This document shows, piece after piece, positions 56,574 to 64,000 of a stretch of 64,000 nucleotides of DNA. Below the pieces are notes generated by a model. The model was not told the origin of the DNA. It saw nothing but the letters and a program-made list of their open reading frames with translations, and made no database searches. Positions within the stretch are counted from its first letter, which is position 1. Each line of letters begins with the position of its first letter. The DNA is from an uncultured Acidimicrobiales bacterium. GTDB taxonomy: Bacteria; Actinomycetota; Acidimicrobiia; Acidimicrobiales; SHLQ01. The translations under genes and the position numbers were made by a program. The stretch covers positions 3,305 to 67,304 of the forward strand of contig CAYTUB010000002.1 of assembly GCA_964441145.1 (NCBI GenBank). Reading direction: 5' to 3'.

Positions 56574-57239
56574 CTAACTACCGATTTTTCGTGCCCGCAC
56601 GATGAGCGATGAGGGCAGCGACATGTCGCTATCGGGCTCGATCATGGTGTCAACACGAAAGTTTGCTCGCGTGAACTGCGTGAAGACCTGTCCAATGCTG
56701 TGTGGATAGGTAACAAACTCGTTTTCACCGAGTGGCTCGCCGCTGCCGTAGCCGCGCACGATGGTGGCGGGCTGATCGGGGTTGGAGAGCATCGATGCCG
56801 GATGAGGAAGCGTCAACACCATTGGGCGATCTGCGCGAAGTAGTCGATGGGTCTGGCGAAAAATTCGGCTGATGTCCTCGGCAGCTGCGAGTGAGTGGAT
56901 GGCGAGCACGGCATCGAACGCGTCGGCTGGCAGAAAGGCAAGCTCGGCGATATCACCGTGGTGGGCTTCGACGTGGACCTCGGCGACATCGGCAGCAGTG
57001 CGAGTGCGTTCGACTTCGATTTCATCAGGATCGATGGCAACCACGCGAGCGCCTTGACGCGCCATGGCAACCGCGGAACGACCGGCGCCACAACCAAGGT
57101 CGAGCACACGCATTCCGGAGAGATCACCAAGGAGTCGACGGTCGAGACCATCGCTGTGGTCGGGGCCGAGTTCGACATAGGAATCTGGTCGTCCAGCTCC
57201 ACTGGGGCCTGCGGTGGTGTAACGGTTCCATGACTGCAT
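56574..57239 (-). CDS. class I SAM-dependent methyltransferase
   Basis: ...MRVLDLGCGAGRSAVAMARQGARVVAIDPD... (motif I). Confidence 0.75.
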   Translation of the reverse strand: MQSWNRYTTAGPSGAGRPDSYVELGPDHSDGLDRRLLGDLSGMRVLDLGCGAGRSAVAMARQGARVVAIDPDEIEVERTRTAADVAEVHVEAHHGDIAELAFLPADAFDAVLAIHSLAAAEDISRIFRQTHRLLRADRPMVLTLPHPASMLSNPDQPATIVRGYGSGEPLGENEFVTYPHSIGQVFTQFTRANFRVDTMIEPDSDMSLPSSLIVRARKIGS

Positions 57240-57288
57240 ATTCGCGACTGTACTTTGCAGCTACCGTAAACATCATGAGTCGACTGGC

Positions 57289-57684
57289 ATGGCCAAGTGC
57301 GGTGACATAGCGATGGTTCAGGCATACGCGAACAGTGCTGGGGGCTCGATCGACTTTCGTCTTGCTCGCGAACGAACGATTTTCGCGTACAAGAGTGGGG
57401 AAGCGACCCGCTCAGAAGTCTGCGATGCGCAGCGCGAACTCATGCGCAATGCCCGAGAATGCGGGACCCCAATCGAGACCCCGTGCCCGATTTGTCACGA
57501 GCAGAAGTTGGTCGAGGTTCTGTATGTGTTTGGGCCTCGGTTGCCAGCGTCTGGCCGTTGCATTGTGACCGCTGCCGATCTCGAACGAGTGCGTAGCTAC
57601 CAGGGGAGCTTTACCGGATATGACGTTGAGGTATGCACGTCATGTCGGTGGAACCATCTGATGCGAACAAACCCGATTGTGTAA
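57289..57684 (+). CDS. DUF5318-like small Cys-containing protein
   Basis: 131 aa, ...IDFRLARERTIFAYKSGEATRSEVCDAQRELMRNA...PCPICH...VEVCTSCRWNHL. Confidence 0.55.
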   Translation: MAKCGDIAMVQAYANSAGGSIDFRLARERTIFAYKSGEATRSEVCDAQRELMRNARECGTPIETPCPICHEQKLVEVLYVFGPRLPASGRCIVTAADLERVRSYQGSFTGYDVEVCTSCRWNHLMRTNPIV

Positions 57685-57785
57685 GGGCGCGGCAGAGCCC
57701 TCTTGATTCGCGGGGTGGTTTGACCGTTAGAATGCATAACGCTGCCGGTAGCCCCTGTGCACTGGACGGCGAAGGAGTTACCACT

Positions 57786-58655
57786 ATGGCTAAGGCCAGC
57801 GGTTCGAAAATTACGGTTCCAAAGATCTCGGCGCGCAAACGTTCCGCCGGTGACGATGCCTTGGTGATGCTCACCGCCTATGACGCACCTGGTGCACGAG
57901 CGGCGAGTGATGCAGGGATCGACATGATCCTCGTTGGCGATTCGGTTGCCATGGTCGTCCTTGGGTACGACGACACACTCCAAGTGACCGTCGATGACAT
58001 CGCACATCACACCCGGGCGGTCGCTCGGGCAAATCCGAATTGTTTGATCGTGGCCGACCTTCCGTGGATGAGTTTCCATGTGTCTGTCGAGGAAACGGTT
58101 CGCAATGCAGCAACGTTGATCCGGGCTGGCGCGCAATGCGTGAAGCTCGAAGGTGGCCGCAAGCGTCTGGCCATGGTCGAGGCGCTCATCGACGCAGAGA
58201 TCCCGGTGATGGGCCACATCGGCCTCACCCCACAGTCGGTGCACGCCATGGGCGGGTTCAAGGTGCAGGGCCGTCAAGCGGAGGCAGCACTCGAGCTCAT
58301 CGAAGACGCGAAGGCACTCCAGCACGCAGGCTGCTTCTCCATCGTGTTGGAGGGGATTCCGGTGAAGGTGGCCGAAGCGATCACCGATGCTCTCGATATA
58401 CCAACGATCGGTATCGGTGCAGGTCCGCACTGTGATGGACAGGTGCTCGTGTATCACGACGTCCTCGGCATCGAAGATCGGTTCGTTCCAAAATTTGTCC
58501 GTCGGTACGCGGATCTCAAGACCGCCACGGTCGACGCGTTGTCGGAGTACGCCGCCGACGTGCGGTCGGGCGCATTTCCTAACGACGACGAGAGCTACCA
58601 CCTCAGCGACGAACAATCCGAGGCCTTTGGTTTGTACGGATCCGGCGGCGCGTAG
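57786..58655 (+). CDS. panB: 3-methyl-2-oxobutanoate hydroxymethyltransferase
   Basis: ATG 57786 gives MAKASGSKITVPKISARK...MLTAYDAPGARAASDAGIDMILVGDS...VKLEGG.... Confidence 0.9.
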   Translation: MAKASGSKITVPKISARKRSAGDDALVMLTAYDAPGARAASDAGIDMILVGDSVAMVVLGYDDTLQVTVDDIAHHTRAVARANPNCLIVADLPWMSFHVSVEETVRNAATLIRAGAQCVKLEGGRKRLAMVEALIDAEIPVMGHIGLTPQSVHAMGGFKVQGRQAEAALELIEDAKALQHAGCFSIVLEGIPVKVAEAITDALDIPTIGIGAGPHCDGQVLVYHDVLGIEDRFVPKFVRRYADLKTATVDALSEYAADVRSGAFPNDDESYHLSDEQSEAFGLYGSGGA

Positions 58656-58700
58656 GAGCTGGTTGGGCTTGGTTCGCGCGCGGGGTTTACGCTGCGCGCT

Positions 58701-59876
58701 ATGGAATTTGAAACTGCGGCATCGACTGTCGAAGTAACCAACGATGGTGTGCAGCTGCGTTGGTCAGATGGCGCCCGCAGTCGGTTCCATGCGCTGTGGT
58801 TACGAGACAACTGCCCGACCGGTGGCGAGAAGCGGACGGCGCTGCGCACCTTTTCCGTTGTCGACCTCGACCCCGATCTAGTTGTCGTCGACGCGGGTCC
58901 TAATGATGACGGCGACCTCGAGATCGAATTCAGCGATGGGCACACCTCGGTGTTCGACTTTGATTGGCTACGAACGCATTCGACAGAAGCGCCCGACCGT
59001 CGTCGTCTCGAGCACCGTTCGGTCTTTCGGGCGGGCGAGACTCTGCCGACCTTCCCGATGCCTGAGCCTGGCTCGACGGGTCATCTGGACGTGCTCGATG
59101 CGGTGGACCAATGGGGAGTGGCGTTGGTCGAAGACGTGCCCCTCGGCATGGAGGGCAGCGAAGCGCTCGCGGCGCTGATCGGCCGAGTGCGCGAAACCGA
59201 CTTCGGCCGCCTGTTCGACATCGTGGTCGAACCCGACGTGTGGGAGCTCTCTCAGAGTGGACTGGCTCTCGATCCACACACCGACGACCCCTATCGGTAC
59301 ACACCGAGTGGCTGCTCGTTTCTCCATTGCATCGAAGGCGCGGCCAACGGCGGTGATTCGCTCCTGGTCGATGGGTTTGCGATCGCCGAGGATCTTCGAG
59401 ATGACGACCCCGACGCGTTCGACCTGCTGTCGGAAACTCCCGTGCCGTTCATTCGCCACCGGACCGAAACCGTCGACCAAGGTGAAGACGTCCACCTCCT
59501 TGCCTATGCGCCAATCATCTCTCTCGATCGAGATCATCAGGTGTGCGGTATTCGATTCCACGAGCGGTCGATGGCCCCACTAGACCTCGACCCCATGATC
59601 ATGGGTCGCTACTACGAGGCGTTCATCACCTTCGCCAAGATGGTCAACGACCCGAGCCGAGCCGTGCAGCTTCGGCTACAGCCGGGCCAAGCAATCGTCT
59701 ACGACAACCAGCGCGTTCTGCACGGCCGTTCCGCTTTCTCACTTGAGGGAGGCCGCCGCCATCTTCGTCTCGCCACGATCGACCGAGATCAGTTCCACAG
59801 CCGACTCCGACGTCTCCGCGAAGACCACGACCAACCCGGCATTCACGCAGCGCTACCGCAGGGGTCAATTGCCTAG
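58701..59876 (+). CDS. Fe(II)/2-oxoglutarate dioxygenase of the gamma-butyrobetaine / TauD family
   Basis: An N-terminal DUF971-like region (VQLRWSDGARSRFHALWLRDNCP), then ...LDPHTDDPY... (HxD) and ...VLHGRSAF.... Confidence 0.7.
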   Translation: MEFETAASTVEVTNDGVQLRWSDGARSRFHALWLRDNCPTGGEKRTALRTFSVVDLDPDLVVVDAGPNDDGDLEIEFSDGHTSVFDFDWLRTHSTEAPDRRRLEHRSVFRAGETLPTFPMPEPGSTGHLDVLDAVDQWGVALVEDVPLGMEGSEALAALIGRVRETDFGRLFDIVVEPDVWELSQSGLALDPHTDDPYRYTPSGCSFLHCIEGAANGGDSLLVDGFAIAEDLRDDDPDAFDLLSETPVPFIRHRTETVDQGEDVHLLAYAPIISLDRDHQVCGIRFHERSMAPLDLDPMIMGRYYEAFITFAKMVNDPSRAVQLRLQPGQAIVYDNQRVLHGRSAFSLEGGRRHLRLATIDRDQFHSRLRRLREDHDQPGIHAALPQGSIA

Positions 59877-59890
59877 CGGCCTTGGGGGCT

Positions 59891-60199
59891 CTAGCCGGCG
59901 CAGAGGCTGTTGCCGTCGTCGCGCATGGCGGCTTCGCTATCACAAAACCAATGGCCGCCATCGGTGAGGTATTTGAACGAGGATTCCTCGCCTGGCTGTA
60001 GAACGATCGACGCGGAACGCGTGCCGTTGCTTCGCTTTTTCATAGGTGTTGCCAGCGGATCCCAGTTGTTGAAATCACCCACGACCGAGGTCGCGTCCGG
60101 TGCTTCTTCGAGAGTGAGCACGAACGTCACTTTGGTTCCGCCATCAGTTGATTTCTGCTGCTTAATCACGATGCTCCTTCGACCGAAATCGTTATCCAA
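59891..60199 (-). CDS. isoamylase-N / CBM48 (early-set) glycogen-binding-domain protein
   Basis: 102 aa, ...KVTFVLTLEEAPDATSVVGDFNNWDPLATPMKKRSNGTRSASIVLQPGEESSFKYLTDGGHWFCD.... Confidence 0.7.
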   Translation of the reverse strand: MDNDFGRRSIVIKQQKSTDGGTKVTFVLTLEEAPDATSVVGDFNNWDPLATPMKKRSNGTRSASIVLQPGEESSFKYLTDGGHWFCDSEAAMRDDGNSLCAG

Positions 60200-60347
60200 T
60201 TGAGTAGCCCAATGGACTGGTGTGATTGAGTAACCCCCTCAAATGGGGGGACTATTCATTTCGACAGTAGCGAAGGAGAATGTTGCTCGCGTCGAGAATT
60301 GCGAACAGCTGTCCGCAGCCTCTCATCTTTCGTTCTCGAGGAAGCGA

Positions 60348-60605
60348 CTAGCTGATGCGCTCGATCGTGCGGTTGACGATGGTTTCGATCAGTTCTTGTT
60401 GACCACTGACCGGCGCTGGATCGAAGATGTCGGCGGCTGGCCAAGCGAAGCTGTGCTAGTAGCAGACGGCCATGCGCAACTGGTCTTCCATCCTCTTACC
60501 CATGACCATGGGGTCCTTGTCGTACCAGCGATAGGCAAAGGAGTTGTCTGAGTCTGGACCTTCGTAGGTGACACCGTTGGGTACGTCGGTGAAAAAGTCG
60601 GTCAC
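60348..60605 (-). pseudogene. xylA: xylose isomerase N-terminal remnant with an in-frame TAG
   Basis: GTG 60605 overlaps the epimerase stop (GTGA). Hand translation gives [61 protein letters not shown]...ERIS*. The first TAG (60456-60458) replaces the W of the conserved XylA motif (A/C)YWH(T/S)F. Only about 85 of roughly 440 codons remain. Confidence 0.6.
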
Positions 60606-61360
60606 GTCATGCACCATTCAAGCGAGAAAGTAGTGGTGAGTTGGTCGCCCTCATCGAGGACGGTGGGAGAGATGTTGGCGGCGTTTGGTGGGTCGGTCTG
60701 TGGTTCCACACAGATTGCATAGTCGAGTTCGTCGTAGACCACCCAATAGTCGGCATCGGAGGCGAGCTCCACACGAAGGTCTCCCCATGACAGCGCCGGG
60801 TTTGTGGTCACGTCGGTGAAGCAGTCATCCCACGGTCGAGCCGACGGTTCGACTCGTTCGCCGGTGGGGATCGATGTGTCGTCTCGTTCGTACATGGCGC
60901 CAGGCGCAAAGGTCAGCTCGACGTCGCCGAGCGTCGTCGACTTTTGAAACCATGGATGCCAGCCGAGCATGATTGGCTGGCGGACATGCGCGTGGGCCGA
61001 CATGGTCATCGAGAAACGGTTGTCCTCGAGGACAAAGCTCTGCTCGATCCGACCGGCGAAAGGCCAAGGGGCAGCCAGGTCGTAGGCGATCGTGGTGTCA
61101 TCGACTTGGGTCCACACGCTGGTGAACCCGTAACCGTGCATTGCATGGTCGCCAAAGTTCGTCGGTATCGCGTAGTGGTGGCCATCGAAATTGAACTTGC
61201 CGTCACGGATTCGACCGGCGAAAGGCACCATTGGGTAGCACCCCCACATCACCGGGTCATCCTGGCGATCGACGAGCAGCTCGACGTCGTGAATCTGGAT
61301 GGAGGATGTCCGTCCACCATGGGCGGCGTCGACGACGATGCGTGCCGAATCGTTCGTCAT
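60602..61360 (-). CDS. aldose 1-epimerase family protein
   Basis: ATG 61360 gives [22 protein letters not shown]...HGYGF...LGWHPWF.... Confidence 0.7.
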   Translation of the reverse strand: MTNDSARIVVDAAHGGRTSSIQIHDVELLVDRQDDPVMWGCYPMVPFAGRIRDGKFNFDGHHYAIPTNFGDHAMHGYGFTSVWTQVDDTTIAYDLAAPWPFAGRIEQSFVLEDNRFSMTMSAHAHVRQPIMLGWHPWFQKSTTLGDVELTFAPGAMYERDDTSIPTGERVEPSARPWDDCFTDVTTNPALSWGDLRVELASDADYWVVYDELDYAICVEPQTDPPNAANISPTVLDEGDQLTTTFSLEWCMT

Positions 61361-61467
61361 TGTTAGCGGGCGCTCGCTCACGGCGAGCACCGTAGCGCAA
61401 GCCGTAAAGCGGAGACTCTTTCGGCGAATCCAAGCCGACCTCGGCCATCCATCTACGATGAGCGACC

Positions 61468-62766
61468 ATGCTCGCGATCCAATGCAGTGTCTTGCAGACG
61501 CCGACGCCTGAGGCGCTCCAGGTACTCGATGATGTGGTGATCGTTGTCGACGGTGACACGATTGAAGCAATCGTTGCATCCGCCGATTACTCGGGCGATA
61601 TCGACATCTCCTTGGGCCCCGATCAGGTCCTTGTGCCGGGATTTATCGACCTCCACATTCACGCACCGCAGTGGCCACAACTGGGAACTGGATACGACGT
61701 GCCGCTCGACCAGTGGCTGTTCGAGTACACGTTTCCGACAGAGTCGAAGTGTGGCGACACCGCCTATGCCCGGACAATCTGGGAAGACATGGTGCCAACC
61801 TTGTTGGCCCACGGCACGACGACGGCCGTCTACTACAGCTCGATCCACGTCGATGCTACGACCGCACTCGCGCAGGCATGCATTACCCATGGTCAGCGAG
61901 CGTGGGTTGGACGTACAGCTATGGACCACCCCGAAGGCACGCCGGACTACTACCGAGATGGCTCACCGCAGGAAGCGCTCGACGCAACCCGGTCTTCAAT
62001 CGCTGCAATCGAGGCACTGGAGGACCCCCATGGTCTGGTCCGGCCCATCATCACTCCTCGCTTCATTCCGGCGTGCACCGATGAACTGCTCACCGCACTT
62101 GGGCAGTTGGCAGACGAGTCAGGTCACTTGGTCCAGACCCATTGTTCAGAGAACGACTGGGAGCACGGCTACGTCTTGGATCGTCATCAGATGACCGACA
62201 CCAAGTCGCTCCATTCGTTTGGGTTGTTGCGCAAGCATGCAGTCCTCGCGCATGGATGCCTGCTCGAAGAGTCAGACCTCGATCTCATTTCGCAGGTCGG
62301 CGCTGGGGTTGCCCACTGCCCGCTGAGCAATATCTATTTCGGCGATGCAGTGTTCCCGTTGCGTCGTGCTCTCGACCACAACGTTGTGGTCGGTTTGGGA
62401 ACCGACATTGCCGGGGGTCCATCGCCTTCGCTGATTAGCCAAGCAGCTCGTGCGATCGATGTGTCGCGACAGCTCGAAAACGGTGTCGACCAGCGCGTTG
62501 GACCTGACGAGCGAGGTGTTGATGACAGCCGGATCACGGCGACGACAGCCTTCTATCTGGCGACGCTGGGAGGAGCGGAGGTATTGGGTGAGCCGCTCGG
62601 TTTGCTCGAACCTGGCAGGAGATTCGACGCCGTTGCCATTTCGATGGAGCGAATCGATCACGTTCCCGGTGGTGACCAACGAGAGCGACAGTTTGAGAAG
62701 CTCGTTCGCCTCGCCGGAAAAGGTGACATCACGGGCGTGTGGGTCTCTGGTCGGCAGGTGGTGTGA
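61468..62766 (+). CDS. guaD: guanine deaminase (amidohydrolase superfamily)
   Basis: 432 aa, ...VPGFIDLHIHAPQWPQLGTG...LDQWLFEYTFPTE...HCSEN...GLGTDIAGG.... Confidence 0.8.
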   Translation: MLAIQCSVLQTPTPEALQVLDDVVIVVDGDTIEAIVASADYSGDIDISLGPDQVLVPGFIDLHIHAPQWPQLGTGYDVPLDQWLFEYTFPTESKCGDTAYARTIWEDMVPTLLAHGTTTAVYYSSIHVDATTALAQACITHGQRAWVGRTAMDHPEGTPDYYRDGSPQEALDATRSSIAAIEALEDPHGLVRPIITPRFIPACTDELLTALGQLADESGHLVQTHCSENDWEHGYVLDRHQMTDTKSLHSFGLLRKHAVLAHGCLLEESDLDLISQVGAGVAHCPLSNIYFGDAVFPLRRALDHNVVVGLGTDIAGGPSPSLISQAARAIDVSRQLENGVDQRVGPDERGVDDSRITATTAFYLATLGGAEVLGEPLGLLEPGRRFDAVAISMERIDHVPGGDQRERQFEKLVRLAGKGDITGVWVSGRQVV

Positions 62767-62790
62767 CCGACCCGCTGTGGAAGGTGGATA

Positions 62791-63162
62791 TTGCTGTGGC
62801 AAAATCTACAGATGACTAGTCGTCGACTTCTTGGACCGATTTTTGCCTTTGCTCTTGTTTTGAGCGCGTGCGGCGGTGATGACGACGTAAGTCCCGTCGT
62901 TGCTGAAGTCCAAGAGGAAATCGACATGCTGCTGGAAACAGAAGAAGGTCGTGGCCAACTCGCTGTCACACTTGCGACGGGGTCACCAATGACCTTTGAG
63001 CAATCCGAGTGTTTCATCGAGAACAGCTCGAGCCGCGATCTCGCTGGGCTCATTGCGCTGGGTTCCGGCGAAGCTGGCACGAACATCCCCGGCGTCCTCG
63101 AGCCGATCCGTGAAGCCATGGAGGCCTGCGGCGTTCAGCTCGACTCATTCAACGTCCAATAA
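62791..63162 (+). CDS. small lipoprotein, unknown function
   Basis: ...RRLLGPIFAFALVLSACGGDDD (lipobox). The start is either TTG 62791 (after GGAAGGTGG) or ATG 62812. Confidence 0.5.
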   Translation: MLWQNLQMTSRRLLGPIFAFALVLSACGGDDDVSPVVAEVQEEIDMLLETEEGRGQLAVTLATGSPMTFEQSECFIENSSSRDLAGLIALGSGEAGTNIPGVLEPIREAMEACGVQLDSFNVQ

Positions 63163-63217
63163 ATCCTGCGCACCGCGCCCGGTTGCGGTGCCGTGAGCAA
63201 TCGCCGAGACTGACGCC

Positions 63218-64000
63218 GTGACCAATGATGCGCAGCCACCACCGCCCGGGAACTTCGCGAACATGCCCGAGCCGCCACCGCCTCGGGTTCCACCACCGCC
63301 CACCCAACCAGCGGGCTGGTACGCGGATCCCTGGGGGCAGGGCAATTGGCGATGGTACGACGGCCAACAATGGACCGCACACATTGATCAGCCGCGGATC
63401 GCGCCGGTAACCCTCGCTCCGACGGGCGTCGGCGTAGCGGTAGAGGAAACCAAGAAGCCACGGTTGCCCTCGTTTCTCTCGGTGCCCGTGGTGGTTGCCG
63501 CAGTTCCAAGCCTGTTGCTGCTCTTGTTCGCGTTCATCACAGGCCCATTGCCGACCTTGCTCGGGCTCACCACGTTCTTCATTGTGGCGCCACCGCTGCT
63601 GTGGCTTGACCGGCTGGAGCCCGAACCGTGGTCCTCGAAGATCCACACCTTCCTCTGGGGAGCGTTTGTGGCTGGCTTCATTTCTCTTGTCGTCAACACG
63701 ACCGTCGGTGCCTTCACCAGCGAAACCGTCGCTGCGGTGGCCTCAGCGCCGATCATCGAAGAGATCACCAAAGCCGCGGCGATCGTGTTTATGGTTCGAC
63801 GACGCGAAGTCGATGGGCTGGTCGATGGGCTCGTCTACGCCGGCTGGGCAGCGTTGGGGTTTGCCATGGTCGAGAACGTCAGCTTCTTCTTTCTCGCCCG
63901 CGAGCAGGGGATGCTCATTGAGACTTTCATCGGCCGCGCTTTGCTGACGCCGTTCGCGCATCCGCTATTCACGGCGTGGAGCGGGCTTGCCATCGGCGTT
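63218..64000 (+). CDS. PrsW-family intramembrane protease with an N-terminal DUF2510-like motif; 3' end lies outside the window
   Basis: Not in the ORF track because there is no stop inside the window. GTG 63218 gives VTNDAQPPPPGNF...GWYADPWGQGNWRWYDGQQWTAH... followed by TM segments. PrsW motifs are also present: ...APIIEEITKAAAI... and ...GFAMVENVSFF... Confidence 0.7.
   Translation, partial: MTNDAQPPPPGNFANMPEPPPPRVPPPPTQPAGWYADPWGQGNWRWYDGQQWTAHIDQPRIAPVTLAPTGVGVAVEETKKPRLPSFLSVPVVVAAVPSLLLLLFAFITGPLPTLLGLTTFFIVAPPLLWLDRLEPEPWSSKIHTFLWGAFVAGFISLVVNTTVGAFTSETVAAVASAPIIEEITKAAAIVFMVRRREVDGLVDGLVYAGWAALGFAMVENVSFFFLAREQGMLIETFIGRALLTPFAHPLFTAWSGLAIGV

Noticed and set aside
57597-58616. 339-aa minus-strand ORF covering panB.
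   Set aside because: It is a shadow ORF typical of high-GC DNA. The plus frame encodes an unmistakable PanB, while the antisense translation has no recognisable motif.
60243-60551. 102-aa plus-strand ORF between the CBM48 gene and the epimerase.
   Set aside because: The opposite strand reads as a xylose isomerase N-terminal remnant, and the plus ORF is its antisense shadow.

Overview
No database search was run; every call comes from reading the ORF translations and the nucleotide text. The window is a high-GC, Actinomycetota-type chromosome segment centred on the replication origin.

The core backbone is conventional and resembles the Mycobacterium tuberculosis ori region:
- A purine block, all on the minus strand: purA-purD / purB-purC-purS-purQ.
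- clpB, and the HspR-controlled dnaK-grpE-dnaJ-hspR operon with HAIR operators.
- dnaN - oriC (a cluster of DnaA boxes) - dnaA.
- rpmH-rnpA-yidD-yidC-jag-rsmG, two perfect parS sites, then parA-parB.
- A minus-strand cluster: Ser/Thr kinase - ECF sigma - anti-sigma - small membrane protein - trxB - trxA - cwlM-like.
- DegV, an Rv3909-like protein, the CCA enzyme, panB and assorted metabolic genes.
- The left edge carries part of a MoxR-like ATPase / VWA / LRR trio.

The unusual part is 19.6-36.3 kb, directly to the left of dnaN, where recF-gyrB-gyrA normally sit.
- It holds eight tandem + strand paralogues and one relic.
- Each encodes a Sec signal peptide, FG...GAP blades (seven in the five intact genes), and a Cys-framed RTX (GGxGxD nonapeptide) block ending in an invariant D-x-C-x13-C-E cap.
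- Three members are reduced: one has only the RTX block, one is a frameshifted chimera, and one is a frameshifted internal-deletion derivative.
- Members share exact or near-exact identity tracts (124 bp and 64 bp).
- All members are oriented head-on to the leftward replication fork.
- The array is split by the housekeeping gene gpmI.

I regard this array as the best candidate for an undescribed system, possibly a recombining family of secreted Ca-binding propeller proteins. Its function is unknown.

Smaller oddities:
- A xylA remnant with an in-frame TAG.
- A zinc-finger-less DnaJ.
- An N-terminally short TspO.
- A 15-bp-stem hairpin abutting the purB ribosome-binding site.
- Isolated DnaA-box and palindromic sites.

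I saw no tRNA or rRNA genes, CRISPR arrays, transposases or integrases.
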